Origin: Ylistrum balloti
Taxonomy: Eukaryota
NCBI RefSeq assembly: GCF_031769215.1
Contig: NW_026782032.1
Coordinates: 186,001-250,000 of the forward strand
Direction: 5' to 3'
Length of the DNA stretch: 64,000 nucleotides
Positions 37,101 through 48,400 of this stretch are shown piece after piece (the stretch's first letter is position 1; every line of letters starts with the position of its first letter). The translations under genes were made by a program, and so were the position numbers. Under the pieces are notes generated by a model. It saw nothing but the letters and a program-made list of their open reading frames with translations, had not been told where the DNA came from and searched no databases.

Positions 37101-40100
37101 CAACTAAAACTATAATATCGTATTGACAACTAAAACTATAATATCGTATTGACAACTAAATCACAATATCGTATTGTCAACTAAAACTATACTATGTATT
37201 GACAACTAAAACTGTAATAACGTATTGACAACTAAAACTACAATATCGTATTGACAACTAAAACTATAATATCGTATTGACAACTAAAACTATAATATCG
37301 TATTGACAACTAAAACTATAATAACGTAATTACAATTAAAGCTGCAACATCATAAGGACAACTAAAGTTAACATACCTTTCAATATGTAATACAGACAGC
37401 TAAGGCTAGAGATGATTTATTATTAGTATCTATGTTTCTATCAAATGATAGTATTATCGTAAATTTACATGGATAAAAAAATATTTAATATTAGATGTGC
37501 TATACCCATGACAGGCCATTGTGTTTGAGGAAAAAGTGTTTTGTTAATGTACAAATTCAATACCTCAATCTTTTGAAGAAATTTGCAGTTTTTCGTAAGT
37601 AATAAAACAAATGACTTACATCTCTTTTCAATTGAGACCTTAGCTTTGCCCCTTTTCACTTTACATTGGAACCTGGTACAATCTTCCGTCCATCTGTCTC
37701 TGTTCTTTTTACACTGGTCATTCCATTGACATCCTACCAGAAGAAGCAATATGAAAATAATCCATTTACCACTTACAGAAAGAAACATCGTCGAAGTTAA
37801 AGTATCTAAATATCAATAACGTTAATCAACTACATATATGTATATACGTGTGTATATCATAAACAGATTATACAAACCTCACGACTTCAAGGTCCTTTGA
37901 TTTTTATGTACAGAAGGAATAACTAAAACTATTCCCATACTCTCCATTGATAAAGAGCAGAAAATGGATGAAAGTGTATATTTCTTTTTTTCGGCATATG
38001 CCGCATACAGGAAAACGAAAGCAAATTATTTATTGATTTAATAAAGAAAATAAAGGACAGCAATATTTTTAATAAACAGATAAAAAATATGCGAACTGTG
38101 CAAACAAAAATAACATTGTGTTTAATTTTGCCACATTTTGAAATAATAAACTATCGAATATGAATACAATGTCACTGATTGCAGAAGATAAATCCGATTG
38201 CACAATTAATAAATTTTAGTGTTATTCATAACCTGATAAGGCATATCATCAGAAGAATCACAAACAATAAATCTAAATGGATACGTTGAAATATTATTTT
38301 GATTTTTAATGCCACACTTGTCGTATCACTATGTCATTAAACCGAGTTGATTGACCAGGATCAGTTATTGTAGGTGGCACAAAAACGCAGCACTACTTTT
38401 ATTTACATAATTATTGTTGTTATTTGATGCATTAGAATTAACAAACAAAAATATCAAACGAATAAAAAGTAGACAGATCCTGACAGTGAAAAACGATGGC
38501 TCTAACAGGAAAGTTGTTTAGCCGAAAAAGGGCCGTATATTATGTACAACACAAGTGAAAATAATCATAGATACAAAACGGGTGAGATAATAACTCACAG
38601 GATTACATAGATAGCTCTCATCGTTCTAACCTTATAGCACCTATTTTTTTCTAGTCTTTATAACAAAAGCTAAGCCGTTGATGTCACTAAGCACTACACA
38701 TTTAAAAAAATCTGTTACACGGATTGAATATTAAGTAAGCTGTCAACCTATCGGTAAGCCTAACTTCCAACGAACTTTATCATGCAACACTGACCTAAAC
38801 GTATCACATGAAACGACCAAAGGATTTCTACGACAATTCGAAAAGAACATTAATATCATAGATAGATTTCCTGTTTATAACTTCTGTTTATAACTAAGAT
38901 ATTCAAACGCAATTGCAATAAAATTGAGAAAAGTTTGAAAATGAGGATTTTTGTATCAATCTTTCATACCTCGTTAGGGCTATGAGTGATGCAGTTATTT
39001 TGTAGTCATGTTGTTGCCTTGTCTGATGATTTCGATGATATGAATCACAATTGTATGAGCATGGATGTTTAATGAATAAAGACTATTTTTAAAGTACGTA
39101 GGTCAATACATGGGAGAGCTATACCAATTTACAGAACATTTCCTACAGGTTGATACTGACAACAGAATAGAAGTTCTTACAACACAATCATTAGAAAGTG
39201 TGACGTTTCGATGATTACATGGTCACTCGAACCAGCCAAATGATCTCCGTGAAACGTACTAGTATTGGCGCATGTCGTGTACAAAACTTAGGTAGAACAA
39301 AGAGTAGAACAAAAAACAGAAATATTAATAATGTGATTAGTCGATTCGACTTTGTTTTGCTTAACACTTGGTCATAGGCAGTAAACTGCAGTAAGCACTT
39401 CTAGAACAACACAAAGACCGAAACTCGCCACAGCCCACGATGGACTTACTAATCCCAATGGAATACTTTGTACTAACGGCTACCAATTCACATGTGAGGA
39501 AGAAATCAGTGGATGGCGCTATGCCATTCCATGACACTCTCCTAGTAAAGAAAGATAACGGACGGTATTATCAAAGTATTGGTTTATATGAAAATAACTC
39601 AAACGACCAACAACTCATCTTCCTATCGCACCATCCCTTCCACCAGGTGCTAGGCGTTGTAGAACTTTGTCAAATGTGCAACTATTGTCATAGAAGAAGA
39701 AAAAAAAACAAGAAAAAAATACATCGATATCGCCATGAATACATGATTAGAAAATACAGAAAGTCTAATTTGGGGAAAGGAAGACCAAAAGACGAAATAT
39801 TAAGGAAAAGAACAAAAAGAAAGGACATTCATCCCTTACACCAAAGGCCTGTCAGAAACCTTGCAGAGGACTAACTCTGGTCATATTATTGCCACATTCC
39901 TGAAATCTTACAAGACTTCCCTTTTAAGTCTACCCTAAAAGTAAAAGACAGAATGTAGATACAGGATCGGATGCAAGAACTTTGGTGCATTGTATATCGG
40001 AGTAGGTAGATTTTTGGCCCTACTTGAACATCATAAAGACGCAGAAATATACAGAAGGTAGACAATTCACAAGATCACAATGAATCTTAAATACAGTTGA

Positions 40101-40247
40101 CATGAAAAACACTTTGAGACGACGCAGCTGTCCAGTTCAAAATGGGACGACAGGGGCTAGATTCTAGTATATCTACGACCAAGTGTTAAACAACCCATAA
40201 ACAATTCAACTACAACAGTACGTTCTTCCCTTTTTTTAATTTTTTAA

Positions 40248-40279
<32 letters not shown>

Positions 40280-41180
40280 TTTTGTTTTGTACTTTTGACC
40301 ATATGACTTTTTATTATCATCTCGTCACACTGTTTCTACCTTAGTGTATGCAGGATTATAGTATAGTCATCTCGCACAAACACTACGAACGTCAGTGCTA
40401 GTAAACTTCACAATGGTCATTTGTCTGATGAGGGTGACAGTCATCGAAACGTCACACTATTATCTCCTGCTCGTTGTGTTATAGGAACTTCTTTTCCATA
40501 TCGATCAATTGTGTAAACGAGTCGAGGTCTGAAACGCTGAGACAAAGACAACACAAAATACAAGTAGTCAAACAAATTACCTAGTTTATACACAAGCTTG
40601 CTCTTCGTTCCTCTCTTGTTTACCTTGCACTGTGCTTTCCGGCACTTTCCTGCAGACACTATCTCCCCATTCCCCAGACACGTATCACCGAACTTACAAC
40701 CTGGAACCAAGGTCAGTAAAGCAAAAATGAAATGATTCATGTTTATATCTCAAGCATTATGTATCCGATATCCGTTTGAAATAATTGACATGACATACCA
40801 GCTTCTTTTATTATCCATTTCCTCCCGCGGTAACACATAGTTGTAACGCAATTAGAAGTAACAGATTGTCCACTGTAGTAGTAAGATCCCTGGTATTCAC
40901 ACATAGGTGGACCTGTAAATATAAACAACAACAAATTTGTTTATCATGTACATACAGCACACAAAGAGATTAGGGAAAAAACTTCCGATCACTTTGATGT
41001 TAAGAAATTCATCAAGACGTTCATTGTCGACAAGCAGATTAACCATACAGCAAATGGAATGTAAATTGATCATAACTACACATAAATAGAAGAGAATTTT
41101 GAAAGTTACTTACTGCGACCATCTGATATAGAAATCATGAGCAAAATAGTGAAAACGGGTAACAAGGTATACCACTCCAT
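34139..41180 (-). CDS. Secreted small Cys-rich modular protein (VWC-like repeats, one module per exon)
   Basis: Exons read by eye: 41180-41114 (signal peptide MEWYTLLPVFTILLMISISDGR), 40912-40799, 40700-40581, 37733-37620, 35159-35037, 34284-34139 (stop TAA). All introns are GT-AG and phase 1. Modules follow GC.(W/F/Y)....C..........C....C, e.g. GCQWNDQCKKNRDRWTEDCTRFQC. Extra exons may be missed. Confidence 0.7.
35448..35870. repeat. 52-bp minisatellite, about 8 copies (intronic)
   Basis: actgttgtgaagacgaccaaagctacaacaccgtgtgtacaactatatctac repeated. Confidence 0.95.
35965..37330. repeat. 25/26-bp satellite, about 50 copies (intronic)
   Basis: gacaactaaaact(g/a)taatatcgtatt interspersed with the 25-bp variant gacaactaaatcacaatatcgtatt. 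Confidence 0.95.
39160..39285 (-). repeat. Degenerate inverted copy of the hammerhead family B element
   Basis: The reverse complement aligns over about 120 bp with 40380-40498 (ctagta..ttcac..tcatttg.ctg..gtgac..tcatcgaaacgtcacact..ttgtgtt.ta.gaacttct); the CUGAUGA core is mutated. Confidence 0.65.
40420..40460 (+). ncRNA. Hammerhead ribozyme motif, minimal type I, family B (Penelope-type)
   Basis: tgt CTGATGA G GGTGAC A GTCATC GAAAC GT C aca: stem I tgt/aca, hairpin stem II, GAAA, palindromic ACGT stem III, GUC triplet. Confidence 0.7.
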
Positions 41181-42584
41181 GACTGTGAAGATTGCACTGA
41201 AATCAGAAACAGTAGAAAATTATTGTCTAATCAATTATATAAACTAAAGAGAAAGGAAATTAATTACTTTCAACATAGATTCCTTTCTAATATGAACTAC
41301 TTTCAAATACCTTAACAGCCATTGCTTCTTCATAGAGTAATATAATCTGCTTGCGATCATCGACTTACGTGTAGTCAAGAGATGATTTCTAATAAAATTC
41401 ACTGTGACAATGCATTTCCTAATATATCTCTCGATACGGAGAGTAACAAAGTATGAATTAGTATTTTCATAAAAGAGGTAACACTTCAAATCTAACGCTT
41501 TACCAAAGTAAAAATAACATTTAAAGAGGAAAGACCTTGTCTTTGCATAATACATACAGAAGACTAAAATTTTGTGGTATTGTTTCAAATCAGTTTATCA
41601 TTACTATTTAAATACAGCACTTCCAAACAATTAGCATTATATAAATATCAGGATGAAAATATTCATGCTATCTGCCAAACAAATATATCCTTAATATACT
41701 ATAAGGATGATAACTTTATCAAGATATTTATACGATATCCTTAAGATACCATAATGAACGCTATCATATCTATAAAATATCTTTAAGACACTCTTAGGAT
41801 GAAAACGCCATCATCATCTCTATAGGATATCCCTAGGATGCTATATGGATGAACACGTTATCTTAATTTCTTTAAGATATTTTAAGACAATATAAGGATA
41901 ACATCATCATGATATCAGAGATATCAGGACATGGTATCCACTGTTCCTGGATATTAACTAAGTTAAAATATCACACTAGTTTATAAGAGACCTACCATCT
42001 ATCATAAAACTTACCAGTTTATTTTCGTCACTTTTCTCAACATCAGCTTTTATATGCAACCTCATCCTATTGTTCAAGCATCTGTTTACAATATACGTCA
42101 ATTGCCCTTTTTCCCATTGGTAACATATGTGTTCTGGACATTTGAATGAATACTTATTGTTTTGAAACAGATTGTTCGGCCATCAGAGCTGACAACTTAT
42201 TACATTTATTATAACCACACGTTCTACGTTGCCTAAAACAACTTCACGTCGAAGATAATTCAATAGAAGTGTTAATCTCGGATCAACAACTTCGCCAGCA
42301 ACTCTACGTTTCTGTGACCTTCGCTTAAGCATGACAAATATCGAAACAATTACATTGAACGCACTCCTTTCAAAATCTTCGCCTGATCGTTTTATATTCG
42401 CATAAATCATATCAGGAAAGCCGAGGCCTTCTGTATATGTATTCTCCCACAGCACTACTTAACCCAAGTGCCACGTTATAATTAATTTTGCTCAGTTTAG
42501 TACACGTGTATTTTGGAATTATTCTATATTCTAAAATTATGATACATTATGCCTAAGTGCATCTCTCCATTTTGATGCTATTGA

Positions 42585-42632
42585 CTTTAGACACTTGAGT
42601 TACCCTTAAAGGACGAAAGAGCTGTTTGATGC
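42585..42632 (+). ncRNA. Degenerate hammerhead family A copy
   Basis: gacacttgagttacccttaaa GGAC GAAA G AGCT GT T TGATG; the 3' half matches family A, the 5' core has decayed. Confidence 0.5.
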
Positions 42633-43220
42633 CATTAAATCCATTACTTTAATATACTGAATCTGATCCTTAATTTGTATTTTGATACTGAAATGCACTT
42701 TTCACTTTTCTTTTAACAATTATTTACTTCCGTTTCTCGCTACGAAGCTGAAGCTCCAAATAAATTAAAATGTGAAGAAAATATACAAATCTAGCTCAAC
42801 AAGGTACAAAATACATATCATGATTCTTTCTCTTCAACCATTTTCTTTCAATATTATTCACATAATGAGTTACACGCTCTTATGCAGAAATCTACACACT
42901 TCCTTCACTTCTTAACATATCTCTTTAGATAATATTATTCTCAATGTATTGCACACGTGTGTATAATAGAAAAAATACATGTCCAAAAATAGTCTATATA
43001 ATATAAACATTTATGCTTTTTTTGGTACCAACAGAATATATTCCTTTTCTGCTAACAAACCGATTTTTTTTAATTCACAGATATAACGATATAACTCAGT
43101 CATTACGAAATAAATAGAATTATTGGAATCGTGCACATCTCCATCCGGGTCTTTGCATTTCTTTCGATTACTTTGGATTTTCATTAGTCACCTTCTATGT
43201 TTCAAAATATAGGTCCCTAG

Positions 43221-43259
43221 CATCACTGACGAATCCTAGGACGAAACAGCTGTGTGATG
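43221..43259 (+). ncRNA. Hammerhead ribozyme motif, minimal type I, family A
   Basis: CATCA CTGACGA ATCC ta GGAC GAAAC AGCT GT G TGATG: 5-bp stem I, both cores intact, G10.1 changed to A and a GUG triplet. Confidence 0.7.
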
Positions 43260-44961
43260 GAGTCATTATTAGGCTTCATAATTAGGCTCTGTTTGGGTTT
43301 TTCCTTAATTTTTGTTAAAAGGTGCAATTCACTTGTATGTCTATTGTACAATCTTTAAACAGTTTCTATGTAATTACATAGATTTGCGTCAGGTCACCTA
43401 TTCTGCAAAAATATTTTACTCATTTACTGCATTTCACAATAATAATTCTGATAAGGAACTTGTTTGTTGCAAGTATTTTATTCACGAGACTGTGCGGGAA
43501 CCATCTCATTAAAGAATAATTCGTTGTCTTCAACACAAATGACTGCCTTTTCTTTTTTAATTGCTTCCTGGTCAAAAATTATAGATAATTTGAGTATCTT
43601 AAATACGAAATAAAACCATCATCATTATTACTTAGCTTGGACACGTGATGTTTGGATAACTGACTCTGCTTGACGGAAACTTTCCCTTGAGAAATGTCAT
43701 GGGTCTTTTTATGTTTTTGGAATATTATGAATATTTTTCTTCACTGGAGTTTCCATAAACTAGTAACGTTTTCACATTTAAAAAGGAATATGCGAAAAAA
43801 AATCAATAAAATTTAAAATTAGATGCAATTTAGCCATACAGGCTTGGACAAATCTGTGACGCTACATTATATAAGCGTGTAAGTAGTTACAAGAACGTAG
43901 AAGGCAAATAATTAAAATTACATATTAATCAAATAGTTATTTTCCGGTATAAAGTATTTCTAATTTTTGAATAGCGACCACATGTAGCAAGTTATCTTTT
44001 GGTTCCACATTGACGAAACTACTTTTTAAAATATCTAGGATAAGAGAGTAAATAAGGTCTATAACTGTACATATTTTGCAGGGAAGTCTCGTTCACAGCA
44101 CAAGCTAGTGCGATTATCTCCCTTAAAAATACAAACGGTTCTTCGTGGCAGAGGATGGTAAACTATCCCGTAAGTACATTTTTGTATATAAGTATCAAAA
44201 AGTTATAGCGGCTGTCTGCGTCATAAAGCAATTTTTTAATGAATATTACAAAAAAAGGGGTGTGCTTTCTGTGAGTAATTAAACTTGAATAACGGATGTT
44301 TATCAGACATATCGACGTCTTATCCATTTTTATTTATTTTTGAGTCGACTTTGATAGACGAATATCTTCACTATCATGCCACTACAACAGCGTCGTTTAC
44401 TGACGCTCTAGTCTACTTTATTACAAAAATTATGTAATCTGTCATTATAAATGTAAAATATAATATGCATGTATTTGTTCCTTTATCAATTGAAATTTCA
44501 TGTGAATATAACATTTATAAGCATGTCCTGAATATTGCAGTTGACCAGAACATTACCATAATACAAAATCATTTTATTTTACTGAAACATATACATTATC
44601 AAATAATATCGGCTGATCAGTCCTATCAACCAAAACCTGCATTCGGTAAAAATGAGGATTCGAGACAACTGGACAACTTAATATCCAATGAAAATAACTG
44701 GTTTGCAAAATAATTTGAAATCGTTTTTAATAAACAGAGATCCCAGAAGGATATCGGCTTCCATAATAGTATGATCTTCATTTGATATTATCTAGGATAA
44801 TTTTCAAAATTGTCAAATATGGACTTTTCAGAAACATCTGTAAGCATGAATAATGATGTGCTTGAAATTGTCCTTTTAAAGTTAACTTGTCATTCAGTTC
44901 CTGGAATGTTCGGCTATAAGAACACTTTATTTTTCGACCCTGTACACCACACTGTGTTTGA

Positions 44962-45235
44962 AGCTCATTAGTTTGCCTTTTGGTTCCGTTGTCGTATACA
45001 TTATTCTCATTTCGAATGTGACATTTCCTTCTTGGATTGAACAAGATGTACATGGTGAGTGTCTTCGATGAAGTAGAAGACGCTTATTCTTCCGGAATGT
45101 CTTGTTTTATTCTCCTTGTACTTTTTCAGGAGTCTTCGTGTGAGTTTTTCTTTTGTTCATATTCTTCACTAGTTTTATTGAATTTGAGTTTGGGTTATGA
45201 TTGTGTTGACATGTTTGTATTTTTATTATTATTTT
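44962..45235 (+). mobile_element. SINE-like repeat with Deu/Nin-like core, copy 1
   Basis: Alignable over about 250 bp with 49458-49712; core gaagtagaagacgcttattctccggaa resembles the Deu/Nin domain I recall. Confidence 0.6.
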
Positions 45236-45416
45236 ATCTTATTTTATTTCTTATTTCTTGAGTATATGCGCACATTTGACATTTTAAAATCATCAATCAC
45301 GCACATTAAGATAACTAATAATGGCAAAACATGTCCAAATGAAGAAGACAAACCAGAGAAATGGTCGTCTACTCAGTAAATCTTAAAATCGGACTAGGAA
45401 GATAATTACATGATAA

Positions 45417-48400
45417 TCACGTTTTTACTTTCTCCTCATTAATTGTTTCATAAGTATTTGGTCCAGTAAGTTTATAGTTTACAGACTTGTAGTGTACAAT
45501 GTCCTTAACCCGTGTTATATGTACTGTATCATACAGCTCCTCAACAACAGGTGGAATACGCTCGAATCCCGCAAGGTCTGCTATTTCATCATTATAACGC
45601 CACTGCAGTGTGCCCATGTGGTGAGCATACCGTTCTGGCATGCCCCTTTCCAACCTACTATGGAAGTCTTTAGCTGTGTCCGCTTCCATCTCTTCACAAT
45701 CTGGTAGATTCATTGTGCCGTCTAGAGCTGATATCACAAACAGTACCTGATTGTGAAAGTTTGGAAACGGACAAATGGTCTTTAGAATTCCAATCAGTGA
45801 CAAAGAAGTATATTTAGTATGAATGATATGCTTGTATAGTGGCGTAATACGTTCATTTTCTGTTGACACGTGGCATTCCGGAGAGAGGAAAGGAAAACAA
45901 AATCTATAGCCTGTACAGAACATTAGAGCGTCCACCTCCACTTCTTCGTCGTTTTCAAACACAACAGAGTGCTCTTTGACTTTTTTTATCCCGGGTTTCT
46001 GTTCTAGATTATCCGGAAGATACGTCTGTAGACTTGGTTTCCTATGACACATGTAAACCTGAAACAGATAACACAACCGAGATATCATAAATATACATGT
46101 ATTAACGCAATCTTCGGACGATAATTGATGACGTATGGCATTTGGGTAAATAAAAATCAATTTGGATTACAAAAACTTTAAACTCATCATCCGCTATTGT
46201 ACTTGGACACTCAAAAATGATACATACAAGCTGTTGTATTGAAGGGTATTATCCAACTCTGTGTATTATGTACAATCTTTTGTAAGGGTATTATTCACTT
46301 ACGTTTCTTTTATACAATCTATATTATTGAAAGCCGTTATTCAATAGCGCCTTTAGAACAATCCATATTTTTGAAAGCCGTTATTCAATTGTGTCTTTAG
46401 TACAATCCATATTTTTGAAAGATGTTATTCACCTGTGTCTTTTGTACAAACCATTTTATTCAAGCCTATTATTCACCTGTGTCTTTTGTACAATCCATTT
46501 TATTCAAGCCTATTATTCACCTGTGTCTTTTGTACAAACCATTTTATTCAAGCCTATTATTCACCTGTGTCTTTTGTACAAACCATTTTATTCAAGCCTA
46601 TTATTCACCTGTGTCTTTTGTACAATCCATTTTATTCAAGCCTATTATTCACCTGTGTCTTTTGTACAATCCATTTTATTCAAGCCTATTATTCACCTGT
46701 GTCTTTTGTACAATCCATTTTATTCAAGCCTATTATTCACCTGTGTCTTTTGTACAATCCATTTTATTGAAAACCCTTATTCAACTGTGTGTCTTTTTCA
46801 ATCCATTATATTGAAGGGTATTATCATTCGTGTTAATTTTTATTCTCCAACTTTAAGGCATGGAAATATTTCACCAATACATTAGAAAAATTCGATTACG
46901 AATCTGTCTCCTTTATTGTACTTGTATTAACCCTCTATTTTTCCTTGTATTTTAAAGATGGTGGTATAGAGGAGGTGTATTTCACTTGGTTTTGCTTGTT
47001 TTCGTGTTATTTAGCGTCCTAGCAACAACGATGGTCATTTAAGGACTGCCTTCCTATGTATGCGAGTTAGTTGCATGTGTTAAGAGCTTGTATTTGTGAG
47101 AGACTACGAAATATATGCCATATGTTTATCACCGATAAAACCATTTTAGTGTGTCTGAAATTGCTACAAGTTGATATCGGCCTGGGTGATACCACACACC
47201 CTGAAGTGATATCACACCCCATTGAAAGCGATATTACTTCCCTTAGAAAGCGATATCATACCCCTCTCAATGTTTTTTTTTATATTTTGCCGCTTCCGCT
47301 TATCACTGAATGTTTTGAACATAAATATTGTTGGCCAGAAAGAAATGCTATTTTTCTTACGAAAAACAGTTTAAGCACTGTAATCGAGGCGAGATGTTCC
47401 GAACGCCTGCAGCTGTCGTCTACGAACATAAACAGCTAAGCATGGATATCTATAAAGAGTGTCTCATTGTTATGATGTTGATTTAATTTTTAATTTTTTG
47501 TTTGTATCTTGTTTATTTTAAATAAAGCAAACAGTATGATAAAAAGACTCTTTTGAAGTTACATCCTTAATCAGCCCTCGAGTCCTGATATCAGCACTCA
47601 GGCCTTCGGTCCTCCGGATGATATAACGACTCTCGGTGTGATATCAAATGGTCATATGATAATCTATATTTACATTCATACCAGGTGCCCACTTAATAGT
47701 ATTTGTTCTTCAATGGGGTTTGTTTTACATGGATAACCTACCTGTTTGGCAGCAGTTGACACATCCACGCTGATGTCCTGACCAGAGGCTGCAGCACCAA
47801 GACACGCCACACGCTGTCCCTCAAACTCTGACGGATAACGATAATCATGGCTATGCATTACTTTACCTCGGAAATTATCCAGTCCAGGAATGTTTGGTAT
47901 AAGTGGAACGGAGTAATGACTGCAAACCAAGAAAACAAATATTGATTTCAATCGAAGTATTTGTGTTTGCGACAGCTTTCAACTCCTTCAACAAAAAAAA
48001 TGGTTCAACATTTTGCTGCGATAATAAGAATTTTCAATAACAAAGTTTTTAACATGGTAAATTGGTTTAGATATTTCCTAATGACACCGGCGTATTTAAT
48101 GCAAGCCATAAAACAAAGGCTACGCGATTTAATATCGTCTCTTTACATAGACAAGTCTCGGCAATGAATACAATCACTCTGATCATAGATTACAGAAATA
48201 ACCTGATTATTTCTAGAAATTGACCACAGTACAATTTTGTCTCTTACAAGATTGCATCGAAATATTTTGTCATAAAGGTGGGTTTTCCAGCAATGCTTAC
48301 TTCCTATAGAGGGCGGCCTAAGGATGTTTTCATCCGACGAGACCACTCACCGAAACATTGCTTGGTGCCATCAAGCTTGGTTCTATTGACTTTACATCTA

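Noticed and set aside
35448-37330. CRISPR-like appearance of short regular repeats (also 52608-53387)
   Set aside because: Units are contiguous with no unique spacers, there are no cas genes, and the context is eukaryotic.
39440-39874. 144-aa plus-strand ORF with a basic C-terminus
   Set aside because: The Lys/Arg richness comes from A-tracts that are antisense intronic pyrimidine tracts; no domain is recognisable.
42183-42455. 90-aa minus-strand ORF containing LKRRS, resembling a pre-M1 motif
   Set aside because: There is no Cys-loop or TM segments around it, so it is not a fifth receptor.
46391-46885. Three overlapping plus-strand ORFs
   Set aside because: They are produced by the intronic 44-bp minisatellite.
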